A stretch of DNA of 64,000 nucleotides from an uncultured Gammaproteobacteria bacterium (GTDB lineage: Bacteria; Patescibacteriota; Microgenomatia; UBA8517). Position numbers and translations under genes: made by a program. Each line of letters starts with the position of its first letter. Positions within the stretch are counted from its first letter, which is position 1. The stretch spans positions 6,459 to 70,458 of the forward strand of contig CAZBTH010000004.1 in assembly GCA_964494885.1 (NCBI GenBank). Direction: 5' to 3'. Below the pieces are notes generated by a model that made no database searches, was not told the origin of the DNA, and saw only the letters and a list, made by a program, of their open reading frames with translations. This document shows positions 1 through 7,771 of this stretch, one piece after another.

Positions 1-4
1 GCTT

Positions 5-238
5 TTGCTACGCGATAAATGGCTTTCTCCCATCAAAATGGCTACGCTATCAGAACAAGAGTGGACCCAAATTTTTGATTTGTATTATCAGTTTAAAAAG
101 GAGCACGCCGAGACATTTGTTTATGTTTTTACAAACCCCAAAGATTACGTTAACCCTTGGAACGACCAGGAAACAATGAAGGATATGTTCATTCGAAGAG
201 TTGGAGAAAACTTCAGAACCGGAAAATATACTTATTAA
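5..238 (+). CDS. Hypothetical protein, probably 5'-truncated by the window edge
   Basis: ORF open from the window start; stop converges on murJ; no recognisable motif. Confidence 0.5.
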   Translation: MLRDKWLSPIKMATLSEQEWTQIFDLYYQFKKEHAETFVYVFTNPKDYVNPWNDQETMKDMFIRRVGENFRTGKYTY

Positions 239-241
239 TAC

Positions 242-1942
242 TTATTGTTCGTGTGTATCTGTGGTTGTTGGGCTAACCGGCTCCTGCTCTTTATCGGAAA
301 TGCGTGGCAGAGTTTTTTTGGTTATCAGCCTCTTAACAATAGTTATAAAGTAACTCGCCTCATTCACCCTTAAAATGAGTGAAATCATAATATATATTGC
401 CATCCCTATCAAAAAGGTGACAACCGTTAAAATTAGTAAGTTCCCGGCATAGCGTGTATCAAGTACAAATTTCTCAAACGGAATTGATGTCACCTGGTTT
501 AGCCAGTACCATCTGTCGAAAAACTTGATCAGGAAAAACATCGAAAATCCTGAAATTATTGTAGCTATAAAAATTTTGGCAATATGCCCAAAAAATTTCA
601 ATCCAATCAGTTCGCCAACTTTTTTGTGAAGGAGAATGGATAAAATTATTGCCTCAATTATAGTACTAAAAGAAAAGGATGCGGCAAGCGCCCAAACGGG
701 GAACCCGAAACCCTTCACCAAAAGAAAATCTCCGGCAATTAAAAGTCCAAGTCCTATGAAAGAAATTTTGACCGGGGTACGCGTGTCATGAAGAGCAAAA
801 AAGGCGCGTGCCAAAATTGACATCAATGTCTGCGAAACCACTCCTACAGCATACACCGACAGGACCATCCCTGTTTGAACGGTAGCCTCCCAATCAAATA
901 TTTTCGTCCCATAAACAAGACGAACTATCGGAATTCTTAAAACTATTAATGTAGCGGAGAGCGGTAAAGTAAAAAATATTGCCTGATAAATCGCAGTTAG
1001 AAGAATTCTCCTATATTCCTTTACATTCCCATCGGCGCGAGATAATAAGGGCAGTACCGCCTTTGCAAGCGATGTCCCAAAAAGAGTGACCGGCAGAAGC
1101 TGCAAGGTATTAGCGAATATGTAATAGGTATAAGAAGCCTGTGAGATAAGGGACGAAAGAAAAAGTTCAGTCGTTTTGCCTAATTGATCAAAAGTCAAGT
1201 CGACGACACGGGGAAGGGCTAAAGTCCCGACCTTTTTGACACCTTTGTCCGGCTTAAAATCCCAAATAAATCGAAAGCCGAGTTTCCGAGACAGCGGAAA
1301 CTGTACCATGAAATGAGCAAAAGCTCCGATTACAACCCCTACCGCCGGAGCCATAAGACCCAGATAACGCGTAAGAAATATCGTTCCCAAAATTATGCCT
1401 ACATTGTAAAAAAGTGGAGCAAGTGCCGGTACTAAAAATCTTCTTAGACTTTCCAACACCCCCGTTAACACATAACTTATGACAAAAAATCCCTGGGCCG
1501 CAAAAAGAATTCTGGCAAGGTTTGCGATTTGGACAGTTTCGCCGTTTTTATAACCCGGCGCAATCACCGAATAAATTTGTGGCGCCCAGATGGCTAAAAC
1601 TATTGTGGCAAACCCAAATACCAAAAGGCCTATGGTAACTACTCGCCCTGCAATTTCCCATGCCCGACTCTTGCCTTCTCTCAAGGCCTTAGTAAAAACC
1701 GGAATAAATGCGGAGGAGAATGTTCCAAAAACCAAAACCTCAAAAATTGCATCCGGAAGCCGAAAAGCCGCAAAGAAGAGTGATAAATCGCTTGGGGCAA
1801 AATAATTGGCCAACACTCTTTGCCTAACCAGTCCCAGGATCCTGCTGGCAACAATCATTATCATTATAAGCGTTGCTGCCGAAAGAACTGTGTTTTGTTG
1901 AGAATTCAGAAGTTTTTTTCCCTTCGCGATTAAATCATTCAT
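242..1942 (-). CDS. murJ: Lipid II flippase MurJ/MviN
   Basis: SRILGLVR, AAFRLPD, FSSAFIPVF, RAFFALHDTRTP motifs; multi-TM. Confidence 0.95.
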   Translation of the reverse strand: MNDLIAKGKKLLNSQQNTVLSAATLIMIMIVASRILGLVRQRVLANYFAPSDLSLFFAAFRLPDAIFEVLVFGTFSSAFIPVFTKALREGKSRAWEIAGRVVTIGLLVFGFATIVLAIWAPQIYSVIAPGYKNGETVQIANLARILFAAQGFFVISYVLTGVLESLRRFLVPALAPLFYNVGIILGTIFLTRYLGLMAPAVGVVIGAFAHFMVQFPLSRKLGFRFIWDFKPDKGVKKVGTLALPRVVDLTFDQLGKTTELFLSSLISQASYTYYIFANTLQLLPVTLFGTSLAKAVLPLLSRADGNVKEYRRILLTAIYQAIFFTLPLSATLIVLRIPIVRLVYGTKIFDWEATVQTGMVLSVYAVGVVSQTLMSILARAFFALHDTRTPVKISFIGLGLLIAGDFLLVKGFGFPVWALAASFSFSTIIEAIILSILLHKKVGELIGLKFFGHIAKIFIATIISGFSMFFLIKFFDRWYWLNQVTSIPFEKFVLDTRYAGNLLILTVVTFLIGMAIYIMISLILRVNEASYFITIVKRLITKKTLPRISDKEQEPVSPTTTDTHEQ

Positions 1943-1990
1943 ACCTGGTTGATATTCTAGCCTCTTTATCGTATACTAACAATCGTGAAA

Positions 1991-2109
1991 TCAGATAAAT
2001 CAGAGAAGCCGGAAAAATTCGGATAAATCTGATAGGTCGGATAAATCAGATCATTCTGACTTCTCCGACTTTCTCAGACCTCTCTGAAATCTTCTGATAA
2101 TCCGATTAT
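1991..2109. repeat. Degenerate 9-nt tandem array with self-complementary halves (TCRGATAAA then TCYGACTTY)
   Basis: tcagataaa tcagagaag ccggaaaaa t tcggataaa tctgatagg tcggataaa tcagatcat tctgacttc tccgacttt... Confidence 0.85.
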
Positions 2110-2113
2110 TTAT

Positions 2114-2407
2114 ATGCCGGTAACAAAAACAGCCAAAAGAGCATTAAGAGGAAGTAGAGTCAAGGAAGGGATCAACAAGCTCATCATAAGTAAGCTTGAA
2201 TTTGCCGTGCGTTCAGCAAAAAAATCAAAATCGGAAAAAGATGTTCGCACTGCAACGTCTTTAGCCGACAGAGCAACAAAAAAGAGGGTTATTCACAAGA
2301 ATAAGGCAGCCAGAATAAAGTCGCAGATGGCAAAACTTTTGGTCAAGAAAAAAGAAAAGAAAGAAATTAAGCTAAAATCTTCAAAAACTCCAAAAAAGAA
2401 GTCGTAA
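2114..2407 (+). CDS. rpsT: 30S ribosomal protein S20
   Basis: MPVTKTAKRALR...IHKNKAARIKS. Confidence 0.95.
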   Translation: MPVTKTAKRALRGSRVKEGINKLIISKLEFAVRSAKKSKSEKDVRTATSLADRATKKRVIHKNKAARIKSQMAKLLVKKKEKKEIKLKSSKTPKKKS

Positions 2408-2484
2408 GTTTTTGTTTTAAAAATTTAACAGCTTCTTTCACCCCTTTTCATATGCTATATTGAATACAGGTAGATCTTGTTGTT

Positions 2485-3018
2485 ATGCCCAAAAATAAAC
2501 CCATAAACCTATTGCCTCAAAAAGAGTTTGAAGGTTCGACTCTTGGTCGTGTGCTCAGATGGGCCACAGGGACTTTCAGGATTATTGTCATAATAACAGA
2601 GATGATCGTCATGGCCGCATTTCTTTCCCGTTTTTGGTTAGACGCTCAAAATTCAGATTTGACCGACTCGATAAAAATCAGAAGTGCCCAAATATTAGCG
2701 CAGGAGGGGCTGGAAAAACGGTTTAGAGAAATCCAGATCAAATTGAGTATTTTCAAAGCCCTCTCCACGATATCCAAACCTGGTGACAGAATGGAAATTG
2801 TGACATTAAGAACTCCGACCGACATTATTCTCTCGTCGGTATCCATTCAAGATGAATCTATATCCATAAAAGGAATCGCTTTTTCAGAATTTGCGATTGC
2901 GCAGTTCGTGAGCAACCTCAAAAGCGTTGCCTCTTTCAAGAAAGTTGAACTTGGTTCAATTAACTCATCTGAAGATAATTCAGGGTCAACGGTTTTTACA
3001 ATCAAAATCACAAACTAA
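2485..3018 (+). CDS. PilN-like type IV pilus assembly protein
   Basis: INLLP N-terminus, one TM, coiled coil, ISIKGIA...FVSNLK ferredoxin-like domain. Confidence 0.8.
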   Translation: MPKNKPINLLPQKEFEGSTLGRVLRWATGTFRIIVIITEMIVMAAFLSRFWLDAQNSDLTDSIKIRSAQILAQEGLEKRFREIQIKLSIFKALSTISKPGDRMEIVTLRTPTDIILSSVSIQDESISIKGIAFSEFAIAQFVSNLKSVASFKKVELGSINSSEDNSGSTVFTIKITN

Positions 3019-3022
3019 TAAA

Positions 3023-3676
3023 ATGGCACTTGGTTGGAAAGGATCATATTTACGATACAAGGAATATTTCTTAAACATCATGGCTCTTTATAAAAAAAGG
3101 GCCGACCTTCGCGCGTTCCTTGAAATCATACTTTCATTATCTGCAATCACAATATTTTTTGTCTTCGCACTGAAACCGACCGCCTTAACAATCATAAACC
3201 TGGTCAAAGAAATTCAGGAAAAAAGAATAACTATTATCGCTCTTGATCTGAAGATTAAAAACTTGCAAACTGCAGAAACAATTCTGGCTCAAAACGAGGC
3301 GACCCTGACCGACGTGGACACAGCGGTTTCATCACATGCCAACGTGGATGTTATCTCAAAACAAATTCAGGGGCTGGCCGCTAAGAATTCTGTCGCTGTC
3401 TTGGGTTTTTCTGTTGGCCAAACATTATTGGTCGGAACCACCACCTCCACAAAGAAAAGCTTCGATTATAAATCGATACCAGGGAACCCGGGCGAGATGC
3501 AAATATCATTAAGTATTAAGGGGGCGTATTCGAATATTGCGTCTTTCATAAAAGATTTTGAAGACTTGAGAATTGCAATCAAAATTGATAATTTGGGAAT
3601 TAATTCTTCCCAAACCGATTCCGAAAAAATTATAGTTGTTGTAATTTCGGGCAGAATACCTTTTTTGAAAAAATAA
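3023..3676 (+). CDS. PilO-like pilus assembly protein
   Basis: TM, coiled coil, LSIKGAYSNIASFIKDFEDLR motif; follows PilN; start reassigned to ATG 3023. Confidence 0.75.
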   Translation: MALGWKGSYLRYKEYFLNIMALYKKRADLRAFLEIILSLSAITIFFVFALKPTALTIINLVKEIQEKRITIIALDLKIKNLQTAETILAQNEATLTDVDTAVSSHANVDVISKQIQGLAAKNSVAVLGFSVGQTLLVGTTTSTKKSFDYKSIPGNPGEMQISLSIKGAYSNIASFIKDFEDLRIAIKIDNLGINSSQTDSEKIIVVVISGRIPFLKK

Positions 3677-3677
3677 T

Positions 3678-3995
3678 ATGAAAGTTCAAAAGATACCAAA
3701 TGTTGTCGTAGTACTTATATTGACCCTTGTTACTGTCATTATGTGGATATCAATGACTGTCTATGGAGCGTTTACATCCAAACCTCCAAATATCGTCTCT
3801 AAAGAAATATCTCAACCTCTCAATCCTGACATAGACAATGACACGCTGAAACAAATAGAGTCAAGTATTTTTCTTAGTGATTTCGAAATCCCGGACAGTG
3901 TGATTTCTACTAATAACACCGTCGCATCTTTTACACCGGCTCCAGCGCCTTTGCAACAAGAAACCTCCTCGCCATCTGCCGCATCATTACCTTGA
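3678..3995 (+). CDS. Small membrane-anchored protein (pilus-locus associated)
   Basis: N-terminal TM, low-complexity tail, tight operon spacing. Confidence 0.65.
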   Translation: MKVQKIPNVVVVLILTLVTVIMWISMTVYGAFTSKPPNIVSKEISQPLNPDIDNDTLKQIESSIFLSDFEIPDSVISTNNTVASFTPAPAPLQQETSSPSAASLP

Positions 3996-4004
3996 TATCA
4001 CAAA

Positions 4005-5324
4005 ATGATCAAAAAAAATAAAATTCCAACAATCTTAGGTATAATTATACTTCTTTCTGGTATTTTTGCCGGTATTTTCTTTTTGGGCATGAACCAAATC
4101 TTCAAGATTGGTGCCGACAGTTCTATTGCACCAAGAGACATACGTGTAAGCAATATCAATAATAACTCTGCAACAATTTCATGGATCACAGATAAGGAAG
4201 CCTCAAATTTTGTCTCCTGGGGAGAGAGCCAATCATTGTTAAACAGGGTCGGAGGGGAAGATAATTTAAAACTTTCAACTCATACCGTTTCGATTTCGGG
4301 ACTAAAACCCAATACCAAGTATTTCTACAAAATAAATTCCGAGGGAACCATGTTCGACAATAAAGGAATTCCGTGGGAGTTTTCTACCGGACCCGATTTA
4401 GGTATCAGTCAAAATGTCCTTCTGGTGTCAGGGTCTGTTATAAATGCTTCTGGTAAACCGGAAGAGGGGGTGCTTGTATATGTAGAGGTCGGAGGGTATC
4501 TTCTTTCTACGCTAACCTCAAACACCGGGAATTTTGTTTTTCAATTAGGTTCTGTCAGAACTCAGGATTTGGCTAGCTACACACAAATTGATAAGGCTCA
4601 AACGTTGTTGCAAATTTCGATTCAGGCTGGAGCCAGCGGGGTGGCTTCCGCTCAGATTTTCCCTCAATCTGCCAATCCGATTCCCCCTATAGTTTTAGGG
4701 CGGGTCTACGATCTTAGGAGTTTACAGCCCTCCGAAAGTGGTCAGATTCCGAACGCGAATTTAAATCTCCCTGAAAATACACCAAAAGAATCGAAGTTTT
4801 TTATCCCTGTAACAACGGGAGGGTCAACCCCAACTAGTGTAATATTGGAAAGTCTAATTGAAGGAGAAATTGTAACCAGCACCAGACCAGAATTTTTTGG
4901 CAGGGGTCCCGGAGGAGAAAGAATTACAATTACAATTCAACCAGACCCCGTAACACAAACTGTTGATATTGCCGAAGATGGAACTTGGACTTTTAGTCCT
5001 CCTGCCGATTTGGAACCCGGTGCCCATGCGATTACTGTTTCCTGGATTGGTTCAAATGGAATAACCAGAACATTAACAAGGAACTTTATTGTTCAGGCAA
5101 GTGAAAACCCCGCGTTTACAGCCTCTAACTCTGGATTGTTTCCGTCCCCCACCGCAACACCAAGGGAAACACCCACCGCCTCCCCGAGTTCGACACCAAC
5201 AACCACCCCCAAGCCCATACCTGTTACCGGGGAGTTGACTCCAACCATAATTCTCTTTATCATGGGATTGGCAGTTGCTATGTTTAGTTTTACTGTCTGG
5301 AAATTAGCCGAAAATAATGCCTAA
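4005..5324 (+). CDS. Surface protein with FN3 and Ig-like domains, PT linker and IPVTG+TM tail
   Basis: HTVSISGLKPNTKYFYKI FN3 motif; RPEFFGRG...GTWTF Ig-like; IPVTG then hydrophobic helix. Confidence 0.8.
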   Translation: MIKKNKIPTILGIIILLSGIFAGIFFLGMNQIFKIGADSSIAPRDIRVSNINNNSATISWITDKEASNFVSWGESQSLLNRVGGEDNLKLSTHTVSISGLKPNTKYFYKINSEGTMFDNKGIPWEFSTGPDLGISQNVLLVSGSVINASGKPEEGVLVYVEVGGYLLSTLTSNTGNFVFQLGSVRTQDLASYTQIDKAQTLLQISIQAGASGVASAQIFPQSANPIPPIVLGRVYDLRSLQPSESGQIPNANLNLPENTPKESKFFIPVTTGGSTPTSVILESLIEGEIVTSTRPEFFGRGPGGERITITIQPDPVTQTVDIAEDGTWTFSPPADLEPGAHAITVSWIGSNGITRTLTRNFIVQASENPAFTASNSGLFPSPTATPRETPTASPSSTPTTTPKPIPVTGELTPTIILFIMGLAVAMFSFTVWKLAENNA

Positions 5325-6264
5325 TCAAACTGACCCAAATCAAAATTCTCAACCAACCGGATCCATACCTCCACCTATCCCGGCGCAAACGACAGATCTT
5401 CCCCCTTTGCCGGATTTTATGACGGCGGATTCGTCGTCCCAAAAACCACCCACCCCGCCGGCAGTAACTGAAACAGTCAACGTATCAACAAACACAACAC
5501 CCGCACAATCAGACCAAGCAGGATCTGCCGCTCCTATTAATCTCCCTCAAATGGTTGCAAGCCCGAGAAAGAAATTTGGTGGGGGGAAAATAATTGCAAC
5601 AATTTTAGGACTCTTTCTTTTGGTTGGCGGGGTTGGGGCGGGAATAATATTAATAGGACAGAATCAGGATATTAATGAAAAAGCGGCATCAAATACTTTT
5701 AAACCTCCTTGTACAGCTGGTGGATGTTCGACAGACAACTACCCCGAAGACTGGGTAAACCATTACAGATGTTTAGGGGTGAAAGAAATGGGACAAAACT
5801 GTAATGATATAAAAGTTGCCACGGCGGTTGAGAGTGCAAGTTTTCAGTTTAATTGTGGTACTGAACAAATTGATTATTGGGATGGTAGTGCAAATAATAG
5901 TACAGGATTCACATCAATGTTTTATGATCAACCTTGCGAGTCGGGCGGCGGGGGTGGGGGTGGGGGTGCTTGTATCCCACTGATTAATATTTACAACTCC
6001 GATTGGGTAAAGGTGGAAAATCCGTCAAGTCTCCCGGCCGGGACTCCTGTACGTGTTGGTATTATTGACAGATATCAGACCACTGTTTTTAATAAAGCAA
6101 AGTTTACAATAAACGGCACGATAAAAGAGACCACCAAAAAGAAAGAGGTATTTATAATAGGAACAAGCGGTCCAAAAATGACCGTTCTTTACGAAGATTT
6201 TAATACTACAGGAGGCGAGACTAAAATTAATGCTCAAGTTGAATGGGGCGGATCATGGTACTAA
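5317..6264 (+). CDS. Membrane protein with Pro-rich N-terminus and Cys-containing extracellular domain
   Basis: Pro-rich region, TM, QDINEKAA, Cys residues, poly-Gly linker. Confidence 0.7.
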   Translation: MPNQTDPNQNSQPTGSIPPPIPAQTTDLPPLPDFMTADSSSQKPPTPPAVTETVNVSTNTTPAQSDQAGSAAPINLPQMVASPRKKFGGGKIIATILGLFLLVGGVGAGIILIGQNQDINEKAASNTFKPPCTAGGCSTDNYPEDWVNHYRCLGVKEMGQNCNDIKVATAVESASFQFNCGTEQIDYWDGSANNSTGFTSMFYDQPCESGGGGGGGGACIPLINIYNSDWVKVENPSSLPAGTPVRVGIIDRYQTTVFNKAKFTINGTIKETTKKKEVFIIGTSGPKMTVLYEDFNTTGGETKINAQVEWGGSWY

Positions 6265-6270
6265 AAATAA

Positions 6271-7350
6271 ATGAGAAATAAAAATAAAATATTAACAATT
6301 GGAATCGTATTAATTACTTTAATTTTAGCCGGTGTTGCAATCTTCACCGCAATTAGGCTATATCAAACCAGAAATATTGCGCCAACAAAATCCGAAGCCT
6401 CCGGCGTTCCAAGCGCTTGTCAACTTTCATTTAACATAACGGGTCCTTCCGCTTCCCCAACCCCAACTGCACCGCCGTCTTGCAACAGCAGTTGTACAAC
6501 AAATGCTAACTGTCCGACTGGGTTTACCTGTTGGGGAGAAGAACCCGGAGCAGCAAAGGTCTGTAGAAAAACAACATGTCAATGGTCGGCAAATTGTGTT
6601 TGCCCAACGGCTTCTCCCACAGCCACTCCAGCCCCGATTGTTTGTACAAACAAGAGAGTGTATAGAGATGTGGCATCCAACACCGCAGGTAATTACAATC
6701 TCTCAAGTGCCAACCTTCTAACCAATAACGCTAACGTAGATATTAATCAAAAGCTGGTATTTGTAGTAAGGCCCGGCCCGGCCAATGCTGTAGGCTCTGT
6801 TACAATAACCGATACCCTGTCAGCTAAAGTTACATTCATCGACAGTGATAGTAGGTGTGCCTATACAGCGTCTAACAGGAAAGTAACCTGTACTGTCAAT
6901 GGTCCAGATACTGCAAATACTCAAGTTGCGTTTAGAGTTTCGGTTAACGCAAGCGCGACAGGAACAATTTCAAACACTGCTGTGGTTCAAGCAGCTGGTG
7001 GGCAACCATCAAATTGTTCAATTGCTGTCGTTGTAGCCAACACACCAACAGACACACCAACACCGACGCCAACACCAACATCATCTGCAACACCAACCCC
7101 AACGGGAACGCCAAACTCATGCGGAGGAACCTGCGAAAGCAACTTTAACTGTGGAAGCGAATTGGTTTGCTACAACGGGATGTGTAGAAATCCCTCTTGT
7201 ACAGCCGAAAGTGACTGTGTTTGTAACGGAACACCTGCACCGACCGCAACACCTCCCACTCTTCCACAATCAGGAACTGATTGGCCGACGATGGTCGGAG
7301 CCGGACTTGGAATATTGGTCATCTTGGGGTCAATCTTACTGGCGCTTTGA
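6271..7350 (+). CDS. Cys-rich surface protein with DUF11-like Ig domain and LPQSG+TM tail
   Basis: Two 8-Cys modules, VTITDTL...ISNTAVV, PT repeats, LPQSG. Confidence 0.8.
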   Translation: MRNKNKILTIGIVLITLILAGVAIFTAIRLYQTRNIAPTKSEASGVPSACQLSFNITGPSASPTPTAPPSCNSSCTTNANCPTGFTCWGEEPGAAKVCRKTTCQWSANCVCPTASPTATPAPIVCTNKRVYRDVASNTAGNYNLSSANLLTNNANVDINQKLVFVVRPGPANAVGSVTITDTLSAKVTFIDSDSRCAYTASNRKVTCTVNGPDTANTQVAFRVSVNASATGTISNTAVVQAAGGQPSNCSIAVVVANTPTDTPTPTPTPTSSATPTPTGTPNSCGGTCESNFNCGSELVCYNGMCRNPSCTAESDCVCNGTPAPTATPPTLPQSGTDWPTMVGAGLGILVILGSILLAL

Positions 7351-7625
7351 TCACACTTCTAAACACATTGTTGGATTTTTTTAAAAAAAATTATGTTTTC
7401 ATTGTTGTTGTACTCTCTACAGCAATTATTATGTATGTTGCCTTTTATTTAACGACTTCTTCCCTCAAAAAACTTAAAACCTCAATCTTTACGTCATACC
7501 CTTTTGATCTTTTTTTTCCACACGAAGGGGGTTGGTCTGTCGGTTACTTCCTCATAATAATTCTATTCTTGGGACTGCTTATTTATTTTCTGGGGAAGGG
7601 GAATTTTGTCCTTGGGCCGGCATAA
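7347..7625 (+). CDS. Small two-TM membrane protein
   Basis: Hydrophobic ORF; TTG start overlapping the upstream stop assumed. Confidence 0.55.
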   Translation: MITLLNTLLDFFKKNYVFIVVVLSTAIIMYVAFYLTTSSLKKLKTSIFTSYPFDLFFPHEGGWSVGYFLIIILFLGLLIYFLGKGNFVLGPA

Positions 7626-7636
7626 TAATCAAAAAA

Positions 7637-7717
7637 ACCGGAATACTTAGAGTGTTTGAACTTCCAACCTTCTGATTTTCTGATGATCCGAGTTCTCCGA
7701 ATTGACCGACTCTCTGG
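7637..7717. repeat. Degenerate 8-9 nt TCYGA array (same family as 1991-2109)
   Basis: tctgattt tctgatga tccgagttc tccgaat...accgactc tctgg. Confidence 0.65.
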
Positions 7718-7720
7718 TGT

Positions 7721-7753
7721 CTATCTCCAACTCGCTACCCAATAGTAACTTTT
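7721..7753 (-). pseudogene. Relic copy of the 3' end of the adjacent GT-C gene
   Basis: Reads KSYYWVASWR* versus the gene's KSYYWLTSWR*. Confidence 0.8.
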
Positions 7754-7771
7754 ACGACACAAGCCGAAGAG

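Noticed and set aside
1991-2109. CRISPR array
   Set aside because: Units are 8-9 nt, degenerate and contiguous; no spacers and no cas genes
7030-7115. ACACCA-type tandem repeats
   Set aside because: Period 6, explained by Pro-Thr linker coding
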